The notes under the pieces are model-generated. The model ran no database searches and was not told where the DNA came from. It saw only the letters and a program-made list of their open reading frames with translations. Shown here piece after piece: positions 1-8,839 of a stretch of 64,000 bases of DNA (position 1 is its first letter; every line of letters starts with the position of its first letter). The stretch lies in contig PMDE01000064.1 of assembly GCA_003154335.1 (NCBI GenBank), positions 14,242 through 78,241 on the forward strand, read 5' to 3'. A program made the translations under genes and the position numbers. This stretch comes from Methanoregula sp. (GTDB lineage Archaea; Halobacteriota; Methanomicrobia; Methanomicrobiales; Methanospirillaceae).

Positions 1-243
1 AACAAACAGGATAAGACCGAGAGGTAAACTGAGGATAAGTATATTGACAGGTTTTTCCGTCAAAACCTTAAAGGGGTGTTTTAAGAATTTTCCCAATCCT
101 TCCCGTGTCTGACGATCCCGCTCAAGATTTGTTGTAATCGCGTCAATTTCAGATTCTGCAGCGCTTAATTCGGCGGATTTAAGCGGAGACGGGGATTGGT
201 CACCCCGGTTGATCATATTTTTGAATTGATCCTTTATGGTCAT
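1..243 (-). CDS. Probable second type II secretion system F (TadC/FlaJ-like) membrane protein, 5' part only (runs off window)
   Basis: Not in the ORF track. ATG at 243, 1 bp past the stop of the upstream T2SS-F gene. Open frame MTIKDQFKNMINRG...KHPFKVLTEKPVNILILSLPLGLILFV enters a TM helix. Product inferred from operon position. Confidence 0.6.
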   Translation of the reverse strand, partial: MTIKDQFKNMINRGDQSPSPLKSAELSAAESEIDAITTNLERDRQTREGLGKFLKHPFKVLTEKPVNILILSLPLGLILFV

Positions 244-244
244 C

Positions 245-1168
245 TCAGGTCTCCGGTGTCATGGAACTGATCATGATCACAAACATAACACTGCCTAACG
301 GGATCATTGCATAGATAACCGCGTACAGAAACAAAGGGTGGTTATCTCCGGAGAGAACAGACATGATCGACTGGAGGATAATCAGAAAAAGCGTACCCGC
401 AACCATGGCGGTCACATATGACTCAGACACAAGAGCAAGTGTTTCTAAAAATAATTTCTGGGTTTGCCGGTTTTCCAGCGCATATTGTTCGGCTTTTGTC
501 CGGAAATATTCAGTAATGTTTCCTCCGCTCGCAACACTTGCGATGGTTCCCTGTAAAAATTCCTTCATCCTTCTGCTTGGAGTACTTGCCGAAACAAGAC
601 GGAGAGAATCGATTAAGTCCCTTCCAAAAATGTCAATCTCACGTGATATGTATCGTGCCTCAACTGCACTCTGGCCATAAATCGAACTGCTGCCGAGGAG
701 CCGGAACACTTCTGCTGGTGTAATACCGGCTGTGGACATAGAAGTGATATAATTGATTGCGTAGGGCAGACTTGCATCGATGTTCCTGCGCCGGTTCCCT
801 GCTTCAAGGCCCGGGTACAGCAAAAAAATCAGATAAGTAATTCCACCAAATACAAGAAGAGAGAATATCGTGATAATTATCGTCCCGATAAGAAGTGTAT
901 GTGCTGAAAGTCCGACAAGTATTTCCGGTACCTCCCCTTTATACTTGATCATATTTGGGACCTGGAAAACCCAGCTGACAATTCCAAGCAATACGGCACC
1001 GGAAAGGCCGGCAATAATCGCGCTTATATATGCCGTTGAGAGATAGACCTCAAACGGGGTTTTGAACCTCGCTGACACAAGGTCGTTTCTCAAAGCCGCG
1101 TAATCTTCTCTTTTTGCCTTCATCCTTTTGCCGAGAAGATTGAAGCAGAGCCGTTCAAAACTATTCAT
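245..1168 (-). CDS. Type II secretion system F family (TadB/TadC-like) pilus assembly platform protein
   Basis: TM helices plus RRRNIDASLPYAINYI..MSTAG, GRDLIDSL...TPS..MKEFL and L.L.SESY motifs. Overlaps the ATPase stop. Confidence 0.9.
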   Translation of the reverse strand: MNSFERLCFNLLGKRMKAKREDYAALRNDLVSARFKTPFEVYLSTAYISAIIAGLSGAVLLGIVSWVFQVPNMIKYKGEVPEILVGLSAHTLLIGTIIITIFSLLVFGGITYLIFLLYPGLEAGNRRRNIDASLPYAINYITSMSTAGITPAEVFRLLGSSSIYGQSAVEARYISREIDIFGRDLIDSLRLVSASTPSRRMKEFLQGTIASVASGGNITEYFRTKAEQYALENRQTQKLFLETLALVSESYVTAMVAGTLFLIILQSIMSVLSGDNHPLFLYAVIYAMIPLGSVMFVIMISSMTPET

Positions 1169-3533
1169 ACAGCTCCTTCCTCACTTTTTCAATCACTGCT
1201 TCAGGATCCCGGTGATATGAGATAAGAATTTTCGCAACATCTTTGTAGTGACGGATCTTCTTGATACGCATCCACTCAAGAACTTCCTGGCGGCGTTTCA
1301 GTTCCTCGCGCATGCGGTTTTCGCTCCAGCCCTTTGCCTCCATGATCTCTTCAAGAAGGTAGGACTTGCCGGAGTAGGTAATTTCGTCAGTAGCTGACCG
1401 CCACTTAAAGACTTCGTTGGTTATGAGCTCATTGGTCCTTGGATCAATATCCAGGATTTCAACGATCTGCTTGTTTCTCCGGATGCGTTTGCCTCCGACA
1501 CGCCCCTGGACCTGGACACAGATAAAATCCAGCGCGGAAAGCATATTCCGTGGCACATCCATGGGAGGGTTTTCTATACGGTGAACTACGCTTGCCACCG
1601 AATCCGCGTGAGTGGTAGAATAGGTGGTATGGCCAGTGCTCATCGCCTGAAACAGGGTCTGGCATTCTTTTCCACGAACCTCACCAACAATGATGTATTC
1701 CGGACGCTGTCGCATCGCAGCCCGCAGAAGCTCATACATATTAATCTCACCCCTACCCGAAGTGTCGAACGAGTCACGGGTAATACTTGGGATCCAATTT
1801 GGATGAGGGAGTTTTAATTCTCGCGTATCTTCAAGGGAAACAATTTTTGATAACGGGGGGATAAACAATGAAATCGCGTTAAGAGCGGTCGTCTTTCCCG
1901 ACGCTGTGCCGCCAGCAAAAATTGCAGATTTTCCGTTTTCGACACAGAGCCAGATGTATGCGATTGAAAGCGGTGCGAAGGTCCGCCATTCAATCAGATC
2001 AGTCGGCGTAATGGGTTCATCCTTGAATTTACGGATTGTGAAAGTGGAACCATGGGCAGTTACTTCCTGACCCAGTGTCATCTGGATACGGGAGCCATCC
2101 TGCATGGTGGAATCCAGAATCGGTTGTGCAATTGAGATGTATTTACCTGATCGCTGGGCAAGTTTCGTAACAAACGAATCAAGATCTTCAGCATTCGTGT
2201 ATGAAAGAGTCGTCTTCATTGATTCATAGTTAGAATGATAGACGAACAGCGAGGTATGAACTCCGTCACACGAAATATCCTCAATGTATTTATCATGCAT
2301 AATCCCGTCGATGAGGCCATCGCCAAGGAACTCCTTGTGCATATTGTAGAGAATAATTTCCCGCTGCACAGGAGTGAGTTTAATGCCAAAATCAAGAATT
2401 ACGTCTGTCGCTGCAGCCCGAAGTTTACTTCCAGCTTCCTCTTTTGAGATGTCTTTTGTGTTGATATCGAGCGTTTCAAACAACCGTTCCTTCAACTCTT
2501 TTAATAGTTCTTTTTCGGGATCAGTGAGGACCGGTTCAAGGACCATATAAGTATATTCGTGGGTAGTGTGATCATAGATGATACGAATGTAAGCGTAAGG
2601 GGGGTTCACCGGATATATTTCCACTTCCTCAACACCGGGCTGTGGCCTGAAAGTTATATCAACAAGAGGGCCATGGATCTTGGGATCATAGTCTTCTATT
2701 GTTGTATGAATCGCTTTAAAAAGTGAAATCAGGCTGGATTTTTTAGGTTCTGTCTTGGTTTTTGTTTTCCCCAATCCGGTATCAGCTCCTATATCCAGAT
2801 CCTTAAAACCTGCGGTAGAAAAATTTTTCTTCCAGATTTCATTGAAATCCGGCGGCAGGGTACCGGTCCCTTCAAACGCGCTGATACGTCCATGAAGTTT
2901 GAGTTCATCAATTTTGAAGGACGCACCTTTGGGAAGGATGAGACCTGATATGTCAGAGATCTGGTCAACATTAACAATCTTTTTGTCAGCATCAGTTACC
3001 GGCTCACTATCGACCGAATGTGATTCGCTGCTTTTCCTTATGGATTTAGCCCTTATCGCCGCCTTGGGATCCTCATCAATAATTTCTATCTCGTTTTTCT
3101 CTCCGGAGGGTTCCCAGCTGGGGGGGGAAGCAGCAGGTTGAGGGGTTCCAGGACTGGCCATGATTTTACCGAGTGTCTCATGAATATCTTTTCCGGCAAT
3201 CTCGCGATCCGGCTTTTTTTGGATTTGGTCTGACTGGTCCATTGATTCAGAAAAGTCAAGATCTTCATGTTCCGTAGATCGGGTTGTTGTTTGCCTGGCA
3301 GAGAGATGCTGGTCCTCCTCATGAGAAAGTTCCATTTTTTTTCTGAGGGCAGCAAAATCTCCGATGCCAGTTAGTGATTCACCCCCGGGAGTCGGAGTTT
3401 TCTGGATGTCAGAAATATCTTTCGTTTTCTTGGCATCCTCATTCTTTTTGGTTCCCTTAATCAGACCGATCAGGGAGTTTACATCATCCAGTGATTCATC
3501 TTCATCATCTTTGTTCAAACCAGACATCCCCAC
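1161..3533 (-). CDS. Type II/IV secretion (FlaI/PilB/VirB11-like) pilus assembly ATPase with long disordered N-terminus
   Basis: Walker A GGTASGKTT, Asp box LEDTREL, RQRPEYIIVGEVRG, MSTGH...HA His box, IEDISCDG. Confidence 0.95.
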   Translation of the reverse strand: MGMSGLNKDDEDESLDDVNSLIGLIKGTKKNEDAKKTKDISDIQKTPTPGGESLTGIGDFAALRKKMELSHEEDQHLSARQTTTRSTEHEDLDFSESMDQSDQIQKKPDREIAGKDIHETLGKIMASPGTPQPAASPPSWEPSGEKNEIEIIDEDPKAAIRAKSIRKSSESHSVDSEPVTDADKKIVNVDQISDISGLILPKGASFKIDELKLHGRISAFEGTGTLPPDFNEIWKKNFSTAGFKDLDIGADTGLGKTKTKTEPKKSSLISLFKAIHTTIEDYDPKIHGPLVDITFRPQPGVEEVEIYPVNPPYAYIRIIYDHTTHEYTYMVLEPVLTDPEKELLKELKERLFETLDINTKDISKEEAGSKLRAAATDVILDFGIKLTPVQREIILYNMHKEFLGDGLIDGIMHDKYIEDISCDGVHTSLFVYHSNYESMKTTLSYTNAEDLDSFVTKLAQRSGKYISIAQPILDSTMQDGSRIQMTLGQEVTAHGSTFTIRKFKDEPITPTDLIEWRTFAPLSIAYIWLCVENGKSAIFAGGTASGKTTALNAISLFIPPLSKIVSLEDTRELKLPHPNWIPSITRDSFDTSGRGEINMYELLRAAMRQRPEYIIVGEVRGKECQTLFQAMSTGHTTYSTTHADSVASVVHRIENPPMDVPRNMLSALDFICVQVQGRVGGKRIRRNKQIVEILDIDPRTNELITNEVFKWRSATDEITYSGKSYLLEEIMEAKGWSENRMREELKRRQEVLEWMRIKKIRHYKDVAKILISYHRDPEAVIEKVRKELYE

Positions 3534-3668
3534 GTTTACCTGTATCTAAGACCTTCAATGTTTTTTTTTACTTTAACTATATTTATACTATTGCTATTTT
3601 AATAATGGCAAAAAAACCGAGTTTTTATTAATAAAATCCATCATCACTGCTAATTCACTGATGCATTA

Positions 3669-4409
3669 TCATGAAATCTCTGATTGGATATTTTTTATTA
3701 CAACCCGGATAAGACCAAGGTGCGCATCCGCTGTTGTAAAAACGCACAGGAACAGATCCCCACAGGGAGCAATGATGAATTTGTTTTCATCGGTCTCAAG
3801 AATCAGCTGGTCAAGTGAGCCAATTTTCAGATCCCTGGCTGTTTTCCTTCCGGCCCGCATGAGATCTTCAGCAGAAGCGGCCAGATGCTCAAAATCCGCG
3901 CTCCCTAACCACTGAAGGGGGAATCCTTCAAAGAATGTAGCAACCGCAATAACTCCTGTCAGGCTTTTTATTTTCCTTAATTTTGCTTCGTCGAGAGGCT
4001 CGGGAAACTCTCTTTTGAGTAAGTCTCCGGTATCGCCAGTCTTCAGAAATGCCCCGGAGGGGGATATAAGAGACTGAGTCCCTTCAGTGAGTAACCCTTC
4101 TTCTTGTGATATCTGGATCGCGCGGGAAAATTCTGCATCGGTATATTTTCTGACGTTAAGTGTCTGAGGGGATTCACTTAGGCCCGTACCATTAAAAGGC
4201 ATGTGTAAAAGGGCAGAGTTTCCGCGGAAAAATCTGTTATTATTGTTGAAGTATGCCCCGGAGATGTTCCCATTGTCGGTGAGAATAAATCCATGACCAT
4301 TGGGACTTTCAACTTCAATTAAGCCACTGAAATTTATAAGATACTGCAGTAAACCTTCTTTCAAGGGATTGGTAAATGTTCCCTCCACGGTTCCTGCAGG
4401 TAATCTCAT
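3669..4409 (-). CDS. DUF2226-like domain fused to C-terminal Roadblock/LC7 domain
   Basis: N-term MRLPAG..FSGLI..G.I.GAY..GNSAL. C-term GVIAVATFFEGFPL..EHLAASAEDL..LKIGSLDQLILET..KFIIAP..HLGLIR fits the Roadblock pattern. Confidence 0.75.
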   Translation of the reverse strand: MRLPAGTVEGTFTNPLKEGLLQYLINFSGLIEVESPNGHGFILTDNGNISGAYFNNNNRFFRGNSALLHMPFNGTGLSESPQTLNVRKYTDAEFSRAIQISQEEGLLTEGTQSLISPSGAFLKTGDTGDLLKREFPEPLDEAKLRKIKSLTGVIAVATFFEGFPLQWLGSADFEHLAASAEDLMRAGRKTARDLKIGSLDQLILETDENKFIIAPCGDLFLCVFTTADAHLGLIRVVIKNIQSEIS

Positions 4410-4421
4410 AAAGCTGAAAGG

Positions 4422-4769
4422 TCAGAGTGCAGCAACGAGCCGTTCCTTGTTCTTCTTTAATTCATATCTGATCCTTCCTATATTGGCTGAAGTATCGGCA
4501 ATAATCGCAATGAGTTCATCAACGGAAAGTGGAGACAGGATGATAGGCCCTTTCTCCAGCTCGACAATCATTTGAGAGAGTTCGCCTTTTCCCAACGTAT
4601 TTCCCATTGCTTCGGACGTTCCCAGACCCGTGGAAGCCATGGCACCCAATGCTTCGATATCGACTTTCCCCGACATCGCACTTTCAATAACGAATCCATC
4701 TCTTCCTATCACGACTGCCGCTGATACACCTTCGATTTTTAAAAATTCCTCCAATAATGGCTTCAGCAT
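4422..4769 (-). CDS. Roadblock/LC7 (MglB-like) domain protein
   Basis: EGVSAAVVIGRDGFVIES..LGAM..LGKGELSQMIVELEKG..NIGRIR, a typical MglB/Roadblock pattern, 115 aa. Confidence 0.9.
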   Translation of the reverse strand: MLKPLLEEFLKIEGVSAAVVIGRDGFVIESAMSGKVDIEALGAMASTGLGTSEAMGNTLGKGELSQMIVELEKGPIILSPLSVDELIAIIADTSANIGRIRYELKKNKERLVAAL

Positions 4770-5012
4770 TTCAATATCACCAGATAAATGATTCTTTCTT
4801 TTTTTTGGCTATTAAATGTTGGTCTTTCTCTGGGAATCGTGAAGAAAATGACAGATTTCGTAAAAGTGTTAAAAATAATAAGGGCTCTTGTTCCACCCTT
4901 TTTTATAGTCGAAAAGAATCCTCAATCTTTACATTTTTTATGACCGTATATTTATCCGGTTTCCCCGGTAAATAGGAATCTATATAGTAGGAAACCGAAA
5001 CAATACATCATA

Positions 5013-5783
5013 ATGCAACTCCCCAGGGGAACATTTCTCAATATAAAAAGGCACACTAAAGTTGGTGCACTTCTTGGTGAACTCCATGAGGTGAAATATA
5101 CCGGGATTTGTACTATCTCTTTTAAAACTGAAAACTGTTCTGTTGTATTCAAATCAGGCAAATGTATTCTTGCCCAGTTCCAGGAAATGGTGGGAGAGGC
5201 TGCATGGGATCAACTTCAGAAAATATTGGCTGAGTATGTAGATGCTGCATTATCCACCCTGGATGAAGCTCAGATTCAGCTCTCCCTCGAATTCAATAAA
5301 AATTGCCGGATAGGTAATGTGAGGAAGAAAGTTATTTCTCCACCTGAAAAAAACCCGGAACTTCAAAGCCCGATGATGAAAAAATTCCCAGTGAATCCTC
5401 CAACAAAGCCATTCATTGATTTGATAAAAAATCATCCTAAACCAGTTATTCCAGATACTGCTTCCTTTAATAAATCTGGCATAAATGAAAAATTCCGTTC
5501 CGCTGAAATACCAAAAATACTAAGTGATGCCCAGTTCAGGAGAGCTGGTCAACAACCAGCCGGACCAATCCCCCAGAAATCTCCAATTAATTCGCACAGT
5601 CAGGACGAGGAGTCGAAATCGGACGATTCTATTCCATGCATAAAGGATACTGATCCCAGTAGTTTTGAGACAGATATCAACACTTTTGAAACCATGGATG
5701 TGGAATCCATTACGAATAAAATTCGCGGCGAATGTGAGACTTTAATTAAACAACTTCAACTTGAACATCTGACTGATGACTAA
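5013..5783 (+). CDS. DUF2226-like domain protein with Pro/Ser-rich linker and acidic C-terminal helix
   Basis: MQLPRG..YTGIC..VVFKSGKCILA..GEAAW..QLSLEFN resembles the N-terminus of the 3669-4409 protein. Confidence 0.6.
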   Translation: MQLPRGTFLNIKRHTKVGALLGELHEVKYTGICTISFKTENCSVVFKSGKCILAQFQEMVGEAAWDQLQKILAEYVDAALSTLDEAQIQLSLEFNKNCRIGNVRKKVISPPEKNPELQSPMMKKFPVNPPTKPFIDLIKNHPKPVIPDTASFNKSGINEKFRSAEIPKILSDAQFRRAGQQPAGPIPQKSPINSHSQDEESKSDDSIPCIKDTDPSSFETDINTFETMDVESITNKIRGECETLIKQLQLEHLTDD

Positions 5784-6399
5784 ACAGGGAAGAATATAAG
5801 GTATCGGTTTTGCCATCAACCTCAGCCAACTCACATCTATAATATAATGGTAATTCTTTTCGATATCTTCGAAGTAGTGTTGTTCCGGTATACAGTTCAG
5901 AAGGATAACAATAAAAAAAACAACCTTCAACAGGAGAAGAAGTAACGTATTTTTTCACATCTGCAAACGGATTATCTATCCTAAAAAAATGCTGCAAAGG
6001 ATTCTTCACATTATTACCCTTAAGTACCTCACTGAAAAACTCGCTCTCTATTCTTGGGATAACATTTATTGGGAAAAGAACTGATTTAACACTTTTACTA
6101 AAAAAATCTCATCCGGAAATATTCTTCCGATTCATCTCTCGAGACCTCATACAGATCTGTAGTAGACACGTCTGAGGGAAGCAGGCACTATCAGACACCG
6201 CAAACTATAACAAGATAAGATCATCTGATCAAATCCGGGAAATTTGCGGCAATATTATCTTAGGGCCGAACCTTAAGGATTCAAAACTTGTCTGAATAAT
6301 CAGGATAAAAAACCTGTTTCAGAGGTGATGTTAAAAAAATGATAGCGGAAACACAGGTTTTGATAAAACAAATGAATGTAATGTGAAAATTGGGTAATC

Positions 6400-6407
6400 T
6401 TATATAA
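6400..6407 (+). promoter_or_regulatory. TATA box of minD
   Basis: TTATATAA about 35 bp upstream of the ATG at 6442. Confidence 0.5.
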
Positions 6408-6441
6408 ATCAAATAGAAATATTCACACAACAGGGTGTTCA

Positions 6442-7236
6442 ATGGTCAAGGTTTACACAATCGCTTCCGGAAAAGGTGGGACTGGGAAGACAACTGTTTC
6501 TGTTAATCTCGGAACGATGCTTGCCCAACTCGGTAAAGAGACCTTCCTGATGGATGCTGATATCGGCATGGCAAATGTCGGCCTGCTTCTTGGACTACAG
6601 GATGCCCCAGTAACCCTTCATGAAATTCTCGCTGGCAAAGCCAATATTAATGATGCGATTTACGAGTGCCCGGCAGGGCTTAAGGTTATTCCCGCGGGTA
6701 TCTCTCTTCAAGGTTTCCAACAGGCAGATCCGGAGAAAATCCGTGACGTTATGGGTGAAATTATTAAACGCTGTGAATTTTTATTAATTGACGCCCCGGC
6801 CGGAATAAGCAAGGATGGCATCGTTCCTCTCGCGGTCGCCGATGAAGTTATCCTTGTTGTCAATCCTGAACTCTCTTCCATCGTTGATGCGCTTAAGACG
6901 AGAATTCTCACCGAACTTGTCGGGGGTCATGTTCTTGGTTCAATCATCAACCGTGTTGATCAGGATAAACCCGATATCATGATAAAAAAGATGGAGAAAG
7001 TGCTCGGGGTCAAGGTAATCGGGTATATACCGGAAGACACTAATGTCCGTCGTGCGGCTTCTGCAAGAACACCCCTCGTGATTAAGTACCCGACATCACC
7101 TGCATCAAAAGCCATCCGCCGCATTGCGTCGGGCCTTATTGGGGTAAGTTATAAAGATGAGGAAGATAAAGAACAGAAAGAAGGGTTTCTCGAAAGATTT
7201 ACGAAAGCCGTTTTCGCCAAAAAGAAAGGGAATTGA
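6442..7236 (+). CDS. minD: Archaeal MinD-family ATPase
   Basis: Deviant Walker A SGKGGTGKTT, DADIGMAN, IDAPAG, IPED..VR. C-terminal amphipathic GFLERFTKAVF. Confidence 0.93.
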   Translation: MVKVYTIASGKGGTGKTTVSVNLGTMLAQLGKETFLMDADIGMANVGLLLGLQDAPVTLHEILAGKANINDAIYECPAGLKVIPAGISLQGFQQADPEKIRDVMGEIIKRCEFLLIDAPAGISKDGIVPLAVADEVILVVNPELSSIVDALKTRILTELVGGHVLGSIINRVDQDKPDIMIKKMEKVLGVKVIGYIPEDTNVRRAASARTPLVIKYPTSPASKAIRRIASGLIGVSYKDEEDKEQKEGFLERFTKAVFAKKKGN

Positions 7237-7692
7237 AGAGTAATTCCAATTCCCTATTACTTACAGCCAGATTTGTTTTTTCCCAATCCATTAAGGAATA
7301 CTCAGCCAGCACCGTTGTTTCCACCATCACTTTTATCCTGCGATATTTTTTACCAATGACTTACCACCTTTTGCTGCTCGGCATTGCCGAAATATTTTAA
7401 AAATTTGTTATCCGCAGGCACCAGAATTCTTTATCGTTGTGGAGTGGAGTTGCACTTTTGGATTAATCGGAATAATGAAGGATCCGGCTGATATAAGGAA
7501 AAATACACTATTTGGATTTATTTGTCAATGTAAAGATACAATGTCTGGCCCAATGGTACGATATCGTATTTTCCCACCCAATCTTCATGGATGAGAAGTC
7601 TGGAACTCTCTGATTATATGATTTCGATATATTTGGTTCAGTAACAATTCCGGCTCGATTGGAGAATTTTAAAAAACGGTATTAATAGAATA

Positions 7693-8679
7693 TTAAATTT
7701 CCAGAAGTGCTTTTACGTTAAGATCCAGAACAATTTTTGATTGAGAGTCATCAAAAGTTATAGGAAAAGTGGTAATATTTTGCGATCGGTCCATTACAAT
7801 ACAATCATATTTCCCATGCATTAGTTTGAACCCGGCAGTTCCTTCATCAGTAGTTATATCATTCCCTAATATCTTGCCCTTGCTCCGGATTGACACGGTG
7901 ACACCATTTTGGGGGATTGTGTCTTTCTGTACCGTAATAACAAGAACCCCCATACCCTCACTTTTTTTGCCGATTTCGGGTATTAAAGTTGGGATGCTCT
8001 TTTTTAAGTGTGTTTTTTCAAAGATCCTTGACCCCATTACAACAGCATCGACAATATCCGAAATAACATCATAAAACTCAAATTTTTCATGTCCTGAAAT
8101 CATCAACACAGCTTTATCGCTATAGAGTGACCCTTTATCGTCGATGTAGATCGCTCCTTCAGCCTCTCCATCAATAAAAGCAAGATAATATTCACGATCA
8201 TTCTCTTTTGCTGCAGCCAGTCCATTGGATTTCCGGGATAAGGCGTATTGGAAAAGTTCATGAAGTGTAAAAATATTTACAAATTTTGACCCCCGGATGA
8301 TATTTTCCAGAAGATCGTGTATCACATTGGGGATAGTCCTTTTCAAATGGGTCTTTTCAAAAATCCGACACCTCATAACAATTGTTTCTACGATGTCCGG
8401 AGTAATTTCATAGAAATCAAATTTTTCGTTGCCGGAGATCAATTTCGCGGCTTTATCACCGTACTCAGTTTCCTTTTCATCGATGTAGATAGCACCCTCC
8501 GCTTCGCCAGCAATGAATGCAAGATAATATTCCCGTGCGTCCTCTCTTGCAACTGCAATTCCATTGAAGCTTCTTGATGAGGCATATTGGAACAGTTCAT
8601 TAAGCGAGAAGTTTCCCAGATGCTTCGAGCCTTTATGAATATTTTTTATCATGTCCTGTATCTTCATGGGGAAACTCAT
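7693..8679 (-). CDS. Protein with two tandem DUF2226-like domains and a C-terminal beta-sandwich (PEGA/carboxypeptidase-regulatory-like) domain
   Basis: 113-aa internal repeat (ELFQYA, EYYLAFI.GEAEGAIYID and RIFEKTHLK each occur twice). C-term GVLVITV..GVTVSI..TTDEG..L.HGKY. Confidence 0.65.
   Translation of the reverse strand: MSFPMKIQDMIKNIHKGSKHLGNFSLNELFQYASSRSFNGIAVAREDAREYYLAFIAGEAEGAIYIDEKETEYGDKAAKLISGNEKFDFYEITPDIVETIVMRCRIFEKTHLKRTIPNVIHDLLENIIRGSKFVNIFTLHELFQYALSRKSNGLAAAKENDREYYLAFIDGEAEGAIYIDDKGSLYSDKAVLMISGHEKFEFYDVISDIVDAVVMGSRIFEKTHLKKSIPTLIPEIGKKSEGMGVLVITVQKDTIPQNGVTVSIRSKGKILGNDITTDEGTAGFKLMHGKYDCIVMDRSQNITTFPITFDDSQSKIVLDLNVKALLEI
7981..8658 (-). repeat. Intragenic tandem duplication, 339-bp unit x2
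   Basis: ELFQY at aa 28 and aa 141; RIFEKTHLK at aa 105 and aa 218. Confidence 0.9.
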
Positions 8680-8839
8680 CTCATCGGGCGTGATATTCGA
8701 GAAAGAATTTACGCGTATCTCTCTTCTTTATCTGGAGGAGTTATTTGTAACATGTGTATTTTACATTTGCGGATATATTTTTGGAGTTCCACTTCATCGC
8801 CATACATAAGTGTTGGTAAGAAAAAAGGTATATGGATTT

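Noticed and set aside
5742-6009. Short minus-strand ORFs between the DUF2226-like gene and minD
   Set aside because: They overlap the convergent gene and have no motifs; at most a remnant.
6309-6361. Imperfect inverted repeat AAAACCTGTTTC...GAAACACAGGTTTT upstream of minD, and TATTTATCCGG/CCGGTAAATA at 4949-4974
   Set aside because: Short and imperfect, with no shared consensus or target-site duplication; not enough for a MITE or operator call.
7270-7615. Possible decayed gene on the minus strand (RLLIHEDWVGKYDIVP...RILVPADNKFLKYFG) with several in-frame stops
   Set aside because: No recognisable family; cannot be told from chance without tBLASTn.
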